In this document: positions 44,181 to 53,109 of the stretch, piece after piece
Layout: each line of letters opens with the position of its first letter
Position numbering within the stretch: the first letter of the stretch is position 1
DNA from: an uncultured delta proteobacterium
GTDB lineage: Bacteria > Myxococcota > Myxococcia > Myxococcales > Anaeromyxobacteraceae
DNA: 64,000 nt
Assembly: GCA_963814585.1 (NCBI GenBank)
Contig: CAWFDF010000012.1
Coordinates: 320,001 to 384,000, forward strand
Direction of reading: 5' to 3'
The notes under the pieces: generated by a model
Database searches by the model: none
Seen by the model: only the letters and a program-made list of their open reading frames with translations
Told to the model about the DNA's origin: nothing
Position numbers and translations under genes: made by a program

Positions 44181-45333
44181 TCAGGTGTTCTTAACGCGCC
44201 GCTCGGCCTCGCGCCGGCCCCAGTCGCTCGCCGCCAGCGCCTGGTCCACCGAGCCCAGCCGCTCGACGGCGTGCGCCTCCAGCACCTCGGCGCAGAGCCG
44301 CGCGATGTCGGTGAAGCGGCAGCGCCTGGTCAGGAAGGCCGCCACCGCCGCCTCGTCGGCGCCGGAGAGGACGGCCGGGGCGGTCCCGCCCAGCTCCAGG
44401 GCCCGGTAGGCGAGCCGGTAGGCCGGGAAGCGGACCGGATCGGGTGCCTCGAAGGAGAGCTGCCCCAGCCGGGCCAGGTCCAGCGGCGGCAGGTCGAGCG
44501 GCAGCCGGTCCGGGTGGCCCAGGGCGTAGCTGATGGGGCCGCGCATGTCGGAGATGCCCAGCTGGGCCACCACCGAGCCGTCGATGTACTCCACCATCGA
44601 GTGCACGATCGACTCCGGGTGGACGACGATGTCGATGCGGGCCGGCGTCGACGTCGAAGAGCCAGCGGGCCTCGATCACCTCCAGCCCCTTGTTCATCAG
44701 CGTCGCCGAGTCGACGGTGATCTTGTCGCCCATCGACCAGGTGGGGTGCTTGAGCGCCTGCTCCGGCGTCACCCCCGGCAGCTCGCCGGCCGCCACCCCG
44801 CGCAGCGGGCCGCCCGAGGCGGTGAGGAGGAGCCGGCGCACCTCGCCGTGGTTGTGCCCCAGCAGCGCCTGGTGGATGGCGGAGTGCTCGCTGTCGACCG
44901 GCAGGATGGCGCCGCCCCGCTCGGCGGCGAGGCGCATGACCAGCTCGCCGGCCAGCACCAGCGACTCCTTGTTGGCCAGCCCCACGTCCTTGCCGGCCTC
45001 GACCGCGGCGGCGGTGGAGCGCAGCCCGGCGCCCCCCGAGATGGCGGCCAGCACGAAGTCGACCTCGGGGTGGGTCGCCGCGGCCACCACGCCGTCGTCG
45101 CCGGCCCGCACCTCGATGCCCGGCGGGAGCAGGGTCCGGAGCGCCGCGGCGGCGGCCGGGTCGGCGGCGGCCACCAGCCTGGGGCGGAGGCGCAGCGCCT
45201 GCTCGGCCAGGCGCTCGACGTTGCGGCCGGCCGCCAGCGCCACCACCCGGAAGCGCTCCGGGAAGCGTGCCACCACGTCGAGCGCCTGCACGCCGACGGA
45301 GCCGGTGGAGCCGAGGATGGCGAGTCGGCGCAT
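44181..45333 (-). CDS. dxr: 1-deoxy-D-xylulose 5-phosphate reductoisomerase (apparent 1-nt insertion near 44639-44645)
   Basis: LGSTGSVG, LANKESLV, PVDSEH, TASGGP, MGDKITVDSATLMNKGLEVIEA; second frame HSMVEY..DMRGPI. Confidence 0.93.
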
Positions 45334-45367
45334 CGGGCCGGACCCTAGCACGCGGGCCGGGCGCGGC

Positions 45368-46198
45368 TCACGAGAGCCAGCGCACGAACAGGTAGACCCA
45401 CGGGACCACGAAGAGGAGCGCGTCGATGCGATCGAGCAGCCCGCCGTGGCCGGGGATGAGCTTGCCGGAGTCCTTGACCCCGGCCGACCGCTTCAGCAGG
45501 GACTCGGTGAAGTCGCCCAGCGGCCCGAGCACCGCCGCCCCGGCGCCGAGCAGGACGGCCAGCGACACCGGGAGCTCCGGCAGCATGGTGGAGCGGAGCA
45601 CCAGCGCCCCGGCCACGCTCCCCGCCGCGCCGCCGGCGAACCCCTCCCAGGTCTTCTTCGGGCTCACCTTCTCGTAGAGCCGGTGCTTGCCGAAGAGCAT
45701 CCCGGCGAAGTAGGCGAAGGTGTCGTTGGCCCAGGTGATGACGAAGGCCAGCACCACCCAGGCCGTGCCGCCCTGCACCCGCAGGCCGACCAGCATCGAG
45801 GCCAGCAGGCCGCAGTAGAGCCAGGCCAGCGCCACCCGCCCGGCCCGGCCCGGCACCTCGGCCTGCTCGACGTGGGTGAAGAGGAGGAGCCCGAGCAGCG
45901 CCAGCGTGGCGAAGGCCAGGGCCAGCGGCGCCCAGTCGGGGAGCAGCGTCTGTCCGCGGTGGAGCGCCGCCAGCAGCGGGATGGCGCCGGCGATGGCCAC
46001 GCCGTACCCCTCGGCCAGCCGGATGGGTCCGAACATGAGCAGCAGCTCCGCGGCGCACAGGCTGGCGGCCACCGCCACCAGCGCGGCGAATGGCCAGCCC
46101 CCGATCCAGGTGAGCCAGATGGCGACGGGGAGCAGCACCACCGCGGAGATGGCCCGCTCCAGCAGGTTGCGGCGGTTGCCGGGGTCGAAGGTCCTCAC
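45368..46198 (-). CDS. cdsA: Phosphatidate cytidylyltransferase
   Basis: DTFAYF, SPKKTWEG, GDFTESLLKR, KDSG..IPGHGGLLDRID. Confidence 0.96.
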   Translation of the reverse strand: MRTFDPGNRRNLLERAISAVVLLPVAIWLTWIGGWPFAALVAVAASLCAAELLLMFGPIRLAEGYGVAIAGAIPLLAALHRGQTLLPDWAPLALAFATLALLGLLLFTHVEQAEVPGRAGRVALAWLYCGLLASMLVGLRVQGGTAWVVLAFVITWANDTFAYFAGMLFGKHRLYEKVSPKKTWEGFAGGAAGSVAGALVLRSTMLPELPVSLAVLLGAGAAVLGPLGDFTESLLKRSAGVKDSGKLIPGHGGLLDRIDALLFVVPWVYLFVRWLS

Positions 46199-46953
46199 TC
46201 CCGCCCCCCCGAGGCCGCGACCTGGTCGCCGGTGAGGCCGAAGCGGCGCTGCCGCGCCTGGAAGTCCGCCACCGCCAGGAGCAGCTCGTGCTCGTCGAAG
46301 TCCGGCCAGTGGGTGTCGGTGAAGTAGAGCTCGGCGTAGGCGGCCTGCCAGAGCAGGAAGTTGGAGATGCGCCGCTCGCCGCTGGTGCGGATCAGCAGGT
46401 CCAGCCCGGGCAGGCCCCGCGTCCAGAGGCCGGCCTCCAGCGCCGCCTCGTCGATGGGGCCGCCGCGCGCCGCCGCGGCCCGCGCCGCCTGGACCAGCTC
46501 CTCCCGCCCGCCGTAGGAGAGCGCCAGCGTGAGGACCATGGCCCGCCCGCCGGCGGTGGCCTGGCGCACCGCCTCGAGGCGCTGGCGCACCCGCGCCGGC
46601 AGCCGATCGAGGTCGCCGATGGCGTCGAGCCGGATGCCGTTGTCCAGCAGCTCCTGCCGCTCCTTCTCCAGGAACTCGACCAGCAGCAGCATCAGCGCCT
46701 CGACCTCGCTGGCCGGGCGCGACCAGTTCTGCATCGAGAAGGCGTAGAGCGTGAGGGCCTCGAGGCCGAGCCGGCGGGCCGCGCGGGTCACCGAGCTGAC
46801 CGCGGCGGCCCCCTCGCGGTGGCCGGCCACCCGTGGCAGCCCGCGCCCCTGCGCCCAGCGCCCGTTGCCGTCCATGATGATGGCGACGTGGCGGGGCAGC
46901 GGCCGGGCCCGGACGCGCGCCTCCAACTCAGCGGTGTCGGAAGTTCCCGGCAC
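46195..46953 (-). CDS. uppS: Undecaprenyl diphosphate synthase
   Basis: HVAIIMDGNGRWA, LYAFS..NW.R, SYGGR, IRTSGE.RISNFLLWQ, WPDF. Confidence 0.96.
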   Translation of the reverse strand: MPGTSDTAELEARVRARPLPRHVAIIMDGNGRWAQGRGLPRVAGHREGAAAVSSVTRAARRLGLEALTLYAFSMQNWSRPASEVEALMLLLVEFLEKERQELLDNGIRLDAIGDLDRLPARVRQRLEAVRQATAGGRAMVLTLALSYGGREELVQAARAAAARGGPIDEAALEAGLWTRGLPGLDLLIRTSGERRISNFLLWQAAYAELYFTDTHWPDFDEHELLLAVADFQARQRRFGLTGDQVAASGGRE

Positions 46954-47026
46954 GGGCGCTCTATAGCACGGGACCGACCGGACCGGGCCGTTTGACCAAT
47001 GGAGCGAGCCATTCCATGCTGCCCGG

Positions 47027-48100
47027 GTGGTCCCGCACTTCATCGGCCCGTGGGAGCTGCTCGCGGTCATCGGCCGGGGCGGCGTCGGCGTGGTCTACAA
47101 GACCGTCCACCGCGCCACGGGGAAGCCGGCGGCGCTCAAGCTGCTGGGCCCGGCGCCGCTGGTCGAGCCGCGGGCGGCGCGGCGGCTGGCGCGCGAGTTC
47201 GAGGTGCTCCGGCGGCTCGACCATCCCAGCGTGGTCCACGTCTACGAGGCTGGCGTCCACGAGGGCTACTCCTACCTGGCCATGGAGCTGGTGGAGGGGC
47301 TCGACCTCCGCGCCTTCCTCTCGCCGGTGCTCGACGAGCCGCGCGCCGTCAGCCCGCCCGGGGCCAGCGCCTCCCACGCCCCGGCCACCGCCGGCCCGGG
47401 AGCCTCCGGGGAGCTGGGGCCCGACGCCATGCGGGCGCTCGCCACCATGATGGAGGAGCCGGAGACCGCGCCCGACGGCATCCACCCGCCCCTCCCCGCC
47501 GGCCCCCACGGCGGGGCCCGGCCGCCGCCCCGCCCCCCGCTCTCGCCGGCGCTGGCCGCCGCGCTCAACCGGCCGCTCCGGATGCTGCGGCTCTCGGTGG
47601 CGCTGCGGCAGGTGCTGTCCGGGCTCGACTACATCCACCGCCACGAGCTGATCCACCGCGACCTGAAGCCCTCCAACATCATGGTGGACGACCACCGGAC
47701 CGCGCGGATCATGGACTTCGGCCTGGTCAAGTGCGACGACGGCGCCGAGCCGCTCACCGGCACCGGGCGGGTGGTCGGCACCTATCGCTACATGTCGCCG
47801 GAGCAGGCCCAGGGGCGGCTCATCGACCCGCGCAGCGATCTCTACAGCCTCGGCGTCATCCTCTACGAGCTGCTCAGCGCCGCCCCGCCCTTCACCGCGA
47901 GTGATCCGGCGGCGCTCTGGCAGCAGATCCTCCACGACCGGGCGCCGGCGCTGGCCACCCTCAACCCGGGCGTCGACCCGCTCCTGGCGGCGGTGGCCGA
48001 GCGCTGCCTCGCCAAGGACCCGGCGGCCCGGTTCGAGAGCGCGGCCGAGATCCTGGGCCTGCTGGGGCACCCGGACCACGACCACGGCGCGGGGCGCTGA
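47027..48100 (+). CDS. Hanks-type Ser/Thr protein kinase
   Basis: GRGGVG, ALK, HRDLKPSN, DFG, YMSPEQ, DLYSLG; Pro-rich insertion in the middle of the domain. Confidence 0.93.
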   Translation: MVPHFIGPWELLAVIGRGGVGVVYKTVHRATGKPAALKLLGPAPLVEPRAARRLAREFEVLRRLDHPSVVHVYEAGVHEGYSYLAMELVEGLDLRAFLSPVLDEPRAVSPPGASASHAPATAGPGASGELGPDAMRALATMMEEPETAPDGIHPPLPAGPHGGARPPPRPPLSPALAAALNRPLRMLRLSVALRQVLSGLDYIHRHELIHRDLKPSNIMVDDHRTARIMDFGLVKCDDGAEPLTGTGRVVGTYRYMSPEQAQGRLIDPRSDLYSLGVILYELLSAAPPFTASDPAALWQQILHDRAPALATLNPGVDPLLAAVAERCLAKDPAARFESAAEILGLLGHPDHDHGAGR

Positions 48101-48105
48101 CCGGC

Positions 48106-48882
48106 GTGGACCTCCTGCTCTCCACCCTCTCCGGGCTGGCGGCGGGCCTCCTCTCCGGCGTCTTCGGCATCGGCGGCGGCGTGGTGCTGGTGCCCATGCT
48201 GGGGCTGGTGCTGGGGCTCGGGCAGCACGACGCCCAGGGGATGACGCTGGCCATCCTGCTGCTGCCGGTGGGGCTGGCCGCGGTGATCGAGTACCACCGG
48301 GCCGGCTACGTCCGCTGGCGGTTGGTGGCGCCGCTGGTGGCCGGCTTCCTGGGCGGGGTCTGGCTCGGCGCCGCGGCGGCGACGGCGGTGGCCGAGCGCC
48401 CGCTGCGGCTCGGCTTCGTGGCCTTCCTGGTGGCGCTGGCGGTGCGCAACTGGAGGTCGGCGGGGAGGGCGCGCGGGGCGGGTGGCGCGGTGGCGGAGCC
48501 GGCGGCGGCGGGCCGGATCCTGGCCCACGCCCTCTGGATCGGCGCGGCCGGCGGCCTGGCCTCCGGGCTGCTCGGGATCGGCGGCGCGGTGGTGATGATT
48601 CCGCTGCTGGTGGCGGCGCTCGGCCTCCGCCAGCACGAGGCGCAGGGGACCAGCCTGGCGGTGATGCTGCCGCCCGTCGGCCTGCCCGGGGTGCTGGTCT
48701 ACGCCAGGGCCCAGGGCGGCCTGCCGTGGCTGGTGATCGGCTGCGTGGCGGCCGGCTTCCTGATCGGGGGCGCGCTGGGCGCCCGGGTGGCGCGGCGGGT
48801 GGCGGGCCCGGCGCTGGTGCGTGGCTTCGCCGTCTTCCAGCTCACCGTGGCGGCGGCGCTGCTGGCCCGGGCGCTCGGGTAG
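48106..48882 (+). CDS. TauE/SafE (TSUP) family membrane transporter
   Basis: Two repeats of SG..GIGG..V.P and AQG.(T/S)LA; highly hydrophobic. Confidence 0.9.
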   Translation: MDLLLSTLSGLAAGLLSGVFGIGGGVVLVPMLGLVLGLGQHDAQGMTLAILLLPVGLAAVIEYHRAGYVRWRLVAPLVAGFLGGVWLGAAAATAVAERPLRLGFVAFLVALAVRNWRSAGRARGAGGAVAEPAAAGRILAHALWIGAAGGLASGLLGIGGAVVMIPLLVAALGLRQHEAQGTSLAVMLPPVGLPGVLVYARAQGGLPWLVIGCVAAGFLIGGALGARVARRVAGPALVRGFAVFQLTVAAALLARALG

Positions 48883-51268
48883 GCGACATGCCCGCCGACC
48901 CCTCCGGCACCAGCCAGACGCGGAGCAGGGCATTCCAGTGGGCCTCGGTGAGCTGGTCGTTGGGCGTGACCCAGAGGTCGCGCGCGCCCCCCTCCAGCGC
49001 CGCCGCCAGGGTGGCGGCCAGCTCGTCGGACCCCATCGTCGTCCCGCCCGGCCCCCAGAGCCCCACCGACATGCTCCAGCGGCCGGCCGGGAGCGTGGCC
49101 GCCAGGCGCCGGGCCAGGTCGCCCGACGCCGCGACGGGCAGACCCTCCAGGGCGCGGTAGTTCCAGACCACCAGCCGGTCGGCGTGGCGCAGCAGGCGCG
49201 CGTAGTCGTGGCCGTGGTCGCGGCCGTCGCGTGCCAGGTCCTTCCAGCTGGCGGCCACGTCGACCCAGAGCTGCTTGCCGTGCCGGTGGGCGGCCTCGGC
49301 GCACCGCTGGACGAACCGCTCCATCAGCGCCGACTTCCACGCCCAGACCTCCGGGGACTCGACGTCGGGGCGGCCCCGCCCGTCACGGGGCCAGTCGGCC
49401 CTGCCGCTGGTGGCCCGGAAGGAGGCCAGGTCGGCCGGGCCGAACGAGGTCTGCCGGTAGGCCGCCTCGGTGAGGTCGATGGCGTCGACGGCCTGGGTCC
49501 TGGCGATCTCCTCGACCATCTGGACCACCAGCCCGCCGAACTCGCCGTCCGCCAGCTCGGCCAGGCCCACCTGCTCGGGGTGGGCCGTCCCGTCGGCCAG
49601 GATCGCGGCCGAACCCGGGTGGGTGGCGATCCAGGTGGGCGCGTAGAGATCGACGAAGGCGGCCACCTGGAAGCCGCGGGCGCGGAACTCCGCCGCGGCG
49701 GTGGCCAGCAGGTCCTCGGGCGAGCCCTTCTGGTGGTTCGACCAGCGCGCCTCCTGGCCCATCCAGCGGAAGTAGGCCCAGTCGGTGCGGCCGGCCTCCA
49801 CGCCGATCACCTGGCCGACGCCGACCAGCCACCGGTCCGTCACCCGGCGGATGGCGTCGTGCCAGTCGCCGTACGGGTTGAAGTGGGTGGAGAGCCCGAG
49901 CGCGAAGGCCGGCCGTGCCGCGCGGTCCCCGGCCCCGGGCACGGGGGCCATCACCACGACCGGAGCCGGGGCCGGGGCCGGCCGCAGCAGGAGCGCCACG
50001 CCCGCCACCGTGGCCACCAGGACCACCCACGCCACCACCGTGCCCCAGGGGCGACGCCCGGCCGCGGCCGCGCCCTCCAGGCGCCCCAGCTTCTCCCACT
50101 TCTCCTCGGCTCGGTTCATCTCTTTCCACCATGAGTACAGGACGACGGCGTTGAGGAAGTACGACACCGGCAGGATGAGGAGGCCAAACGGGAGGTAGGC
50201 GAGATCGCGCCACTCCCGGTCGAGCAGGATGCCGTAGACCGCCACCGCGAAGAAGAAGAAGAGCCCGAGCCAGGCCGCCAGCTCCCAGGGGCCCCGGAGC
50301 GCGATCCAGCCACGGGACAGCGCCAGCGGCAGCGCCAGGAGCAGCCCGGTCTGCAGGAGCGGCACCAGCGCCATGTTGGCGAAGTTGACCGGCAGGTAGA
50401 GCGAGAAGGGCCAGGCGTCGCGGGCGAGGAAGCGCCCGCGGTAGCGCCGGGCGATCTTGAGGTAGCTGCGCACCCAGCGGACGCGCTGGCGCCAGAGCCC
50501 GTCGAAGGTGGCCGGGCAGTCGGCCAGCACCATGGGCTCCGGATCGAAGACGATCCGCTTGCCGGCCAGCTGCAGCCGCCAGGTGAGCTCCAGGTCCTCG
50601 CCCCAGATCGGCTCGAAGCCGCCCACCTCGTCGAGCACGCGCCGGCGGATGGCGCCGAGGTTCCCGGAGATGATGGGCAGGCAGCCGATCACCGACAGGG
50701 CCCGGCGGACGTAGCCGGTGCCGATGTGGGTGGTGATCACCAGCAGCTTCTGCAGGGCGGTGGCGGCCCGGAGCGGCGCGTCGTTGCCGCAGACGGCGTC
50801 GATGGACGGATCGGCGAACCAGCGGACCAGCTGGGCCAGGGTGTCGCGGAGGAAGAGGCTGTCGGCGTCGGTGTAGACCACCACCTCGCCGGTGGCGGCG
50901 GCGATGCCGGCGTTGAGGGCCCGCGCCTTGCCGGCGTTGGCCTGCCGGACCAGCCGGATGCGGCCGGCGTCGGCCAGCCCCTGCACCCGATCGGCGGTGC
51001 CGTCGCGCGAGCCGTCGTCGACCACCACGACCTCGAGGTCGTGCCAGGCCGACTCCAGCAGGGTCTCGACGCTGGCCCGGATGGTGCGCGCCTCGTTGTA
51101 GGCGGGCACCACCACGGTCACCCGCCCCGTGAACGGCGGCAGGCGGCGCAGGGCCCGACGCTTCCACCACTCATAGGCGAGCGTGAGCGGGAAGTAGATC
51201 GCCCCCTGGAGTCCGAGGACGAAGACCGTCAGGCCGAAGGCCCAGAAGAGGGCGTGCAGGGCGCTCAT
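48842..51268 (-). CDS. Processive GT2 glycosyltransferase (PgaC/IcaA-like) fused to a C-terminal glycoside-hydrolase-like domain
   Basis: VPAYNE, DDGSRD, NAGKA, TDAD, GED, QRVRW; TM helices; PAPAP linker; about 320-aa barrel-like domain (DAIDLTE, GHDYARLLRHADRLVVWNY). Confidence 0.85.
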   Translation of the reverse strand: MSALHALFWAFGLTVFVLGLQGAIYFPLTLAYEWWKRRALRRLPPFTGRVTVVVPAYNEARTIRASVETLLESAWHDLEVVVVDDGSRDGTADRVQGLADAGRIRLVRQANAGKARALNAGIAAATGEVVVYTDADSLFLRDTLAQLVRWFADPSIDAVCGNDAPLRAATALQKLLVITTHIGTGYVRRALSVIGCLPIISGNLGAIRRRVLDEVGGFEPIWGEDLELTWRLQLAGKRIVFDPEPMVLADCPATFDGLWRQRVRWVRSYLKIARRYRGRFLARDAWPFSLYLPVNFANMALVPLLQTGLLLALPLALSRGWIALRGPWELAAWLGLFFFFAVAVYGILLDREWRDLAYLPFGLLILPVSYFLNAVVLYSWWKEMNRAEEKWEKLGRLEGAAAAGRRPWGTVVAWVVLVATVAGVALLLRPAPAPAPVVVMAPVPGAGDRAARPAFALGLSTHFNPYGDWHDAIRRVTDRWLVGVGQVIGVEAGRTDWAYFRWMGQEARWSNHQKGSPEDLLATAAAEFRARGFQVAAFVDLYAPTWIATHPGSAAILADGTAHPEQVGLAELADGEFGGLVVQMVEEIARTQAVDAIDLTEAAYRQTSFGPADLASFRATSGRADWPRDGRGRPDVESPEVWAWKSALMERFVQRCAEAAHRHGKQLWVDVAASWKDLARDGRDHGHDYARLLRHADRLVVWNYRALEGLPVAASGDLARRLAATLPAGRWSMSVGLWGPGGTTMGSDELAATLAAALEGGARDLWVTPNDQLTEAHWNALLRVWLVPEGSAGMSPTRAPGPAAPPPR

Positions 51269-51272
51269 CGGG

Positions 51273-53096
51273 TCAGCGCACCAGCACCAGCGAGCGGAAG
51301 GCCAGCGCGTACCGGGCCCCGACCTGGAGGCCGCGGTGGGCGGCCCGTCCCCGGATCACCTGCGGATCCATGTAGGGCCGGTGGGCCTGGGTCGCATGCA
51401 GGGCGCAGGCCCGCAGGTGGTCGTCGAGGTAGTGGCTGATGTCCACGAACAGGTTGGGCTGGAACCGCTCGGTGGTCGAGACGTCCTCGTAGCAGAGCAC
51501 CGTGGGCACGCCGCGCGCCGCCTCGCGGGTGGCGGCGTGGACGGCCCGGTGGTCGCCGTGGACGTCGGCGTCGCTGTGGGTCAGCACGACGGTGGGCCGC
51601 AGCTCCTTCACCCGGACCTCGATGGCCGCCTTCACCTCCCCCACCCGATCCTGGAGGCCGCTGTCGGGCAGGTCGAGCACCTCGTGGCCGTCGAGCCCGA
51701 GGAAGCGGGCGGCGCGGGCGCTCTCCTCCGGCCGGGCCTCGGGCCGGTCGGTGCCGCGCTCGCCCCGGGTCAAGGTGAGGCCGTGGACCTGCGCGCCGCT
51801 GGCCTTGAGCTTGAGGATGAAGCCGGCGCAGCCGAGCTCGATGTCGTCGGGGTGGGCGCCCACCATCAGCACCACCTGTCCGGCGAACTCCGGCTCGGTC
51901 GGCTCGCGCCGCAGCACCGCCAGCAGCGCCGTGGCCAGGCCGGCGATGATCAGCACCTCGGTGCCCGCCTCGATGATGCGGGGATCCGTCCAGCTCGTAA
52001 GCCACGGCTGGAACACGAAGGTGGCCACGTTCAGGACCAGGGCGACCGGCACCACCCAGACCGCCATCAGGCGCGCCCAGGGGCGGCGGCGGAGGCCGTG
52101 GCGGACCCGCCCCGAGACCAGCACCAGGAGCGGCAGCAGGGCCACGTGCACCAGGAGCTCGGCCCACTCGGAGGTGCTGCGGAGCGGCGCCAGCGCCCCC
52201 TCGCGGTCGAGCGCCGCGGTGAGCTGGATGGCCCCCTCGTCGCTCGGGCTCATCCGCAGGGCCAGCACGGCGTGCTCGCGGGCCGGGATGAGCCGGCCCT
52301 GCGCCAGGTAGCTCCGCCCCAGCGCCACCTGGGCCGAGGCCGACTCGGGGTCGAGCTGGGTCACGACCGACCAGGCGGCGATGGCCGCGGGCCAGTCCCT
52401 GCGGCGCTCCTGGGTCTCGGCCAGCAGGCGCCGGGCCTCGAGATCGGCCGGGGCGATCGCCACCGCCGCCTGCGCCGCCCCGAGGGCCTCGTCGAGCCTC
52501 CCCTGCTGGGAGAGGAGCCGGGCCTGGTCCCGGTGGAGATCGGCGTCCCGGGGGTAGAGCCGCAGCGCCCGCTCCAGCACCGGGGCGGCCCCGGCGGCGT
52601 CACCCCGGAGCAGCCGGGTGCGGGCCATGCCCTTGAGCGCCTCGTGGTAATCCGGGTGCCTGGCCAGGACGTCCTCGTAGAGCCGCTCCGCCTCGTCGAG
52701 CCGCTTGGCCCAGGAGAGCGCGTCGGCCAGGTCGCTCTGCAGCGCCGCGTCGTCGGGGCGCCGCGCGATGGCCTCGCGGTAGCGGACGATGGCCTCGTCG
52801 TAGCGGCCGGCCCAGGCCAGGAGCTGTCCGAGGTGGCCGAGCGCGTCGGCGTCGCGCGGGGCGATGGCGAGGAGCTGCTGGTAGGAGCGGATGGCGTCGT
52901 CGAAGCGGTGCTCCTTGGTGTGGGCGCGGCCCTGGCGGCGCAGCTCCTCGATCCCGGCCGCCGTGCTCCCGGACTCCGCCGGCGGGAAGGGGGGCGGCGG
53001 CCCGTCACCGGGGGCGCCGCGCTGGGCCAGGGCGATCGGCGAGCCACCGGCGACGAGCAGGGCCACCAGGGCCGCGGGCGGGAGAGGGAGCTTCAC
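51273..53096 (-). CDS. TPR + 3 TM + PIG-L family de-N-acetylase
   Basis: Signal peptide from GTG at 53096, about 7 TPRs, three hydrophobic helices, AHPDDIE, TRGERG, R.EES, HGDH, HATQ. Confidence 0.87.
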   Translation of the reverse strand: MKLPLPPAALVALLVAGGSPIALAQRGAPGDGPPPPFPPAESGSTAAGIEELRRQGRAHTKEHRFDDAIRSYQQLLAIAPRDADALGHLGQLLAWAGRYDEAIVRYREAIARRPDDAALQSDLADALSWAKRLDEAERLYEDVLARHPDYHEALKGMARTRLLRGDAAGAAPVLERALRLYPRDADLHRDQARLLSQQGRLDEALGAAQAAVAIAPADLEARRLLAETQERRRDWPAAIAAWSVVTQLDPESASAQVALGRSYLAQGRLIPAREHAVLALRMSPSDEGAIQLTAALDREGALAPLRSTSEWAELLVHVALLPLLVLVSGRVRHGLRRRPWARLMAVWVVPVALVLNVATFVFQPWLTSWTDPRIIEAGTEVLIIAGLATALLAVLRREPTEPEFAGQVVLMVGAHPDDIELGCAGFILKLKASGAQVHGLTLTRGERGTDRPEARPEESARAARFLGLDGHEVLDLPDSGLQDRVGEVKAAIEVRVKELRPTVVLTHSDADVHGDHRAVHAATREAARGVPTVLCYEDVSTTERFQPNLFVDISHYLDDHLRACALHATQAHRPYMDPQVIRGRAAHRGLQVGARYALAFRSLVLVR

Positions 53097-53109
53097 GACG
53101 AGGTGACTC

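Noticed and set aside
48842..48882. 41-bp convergent overlap of the TauE and GT2 genes as antisense regulation
   Set aside because: Short 3' overlaps are common in high-GC genomes, where stop codons are rare.
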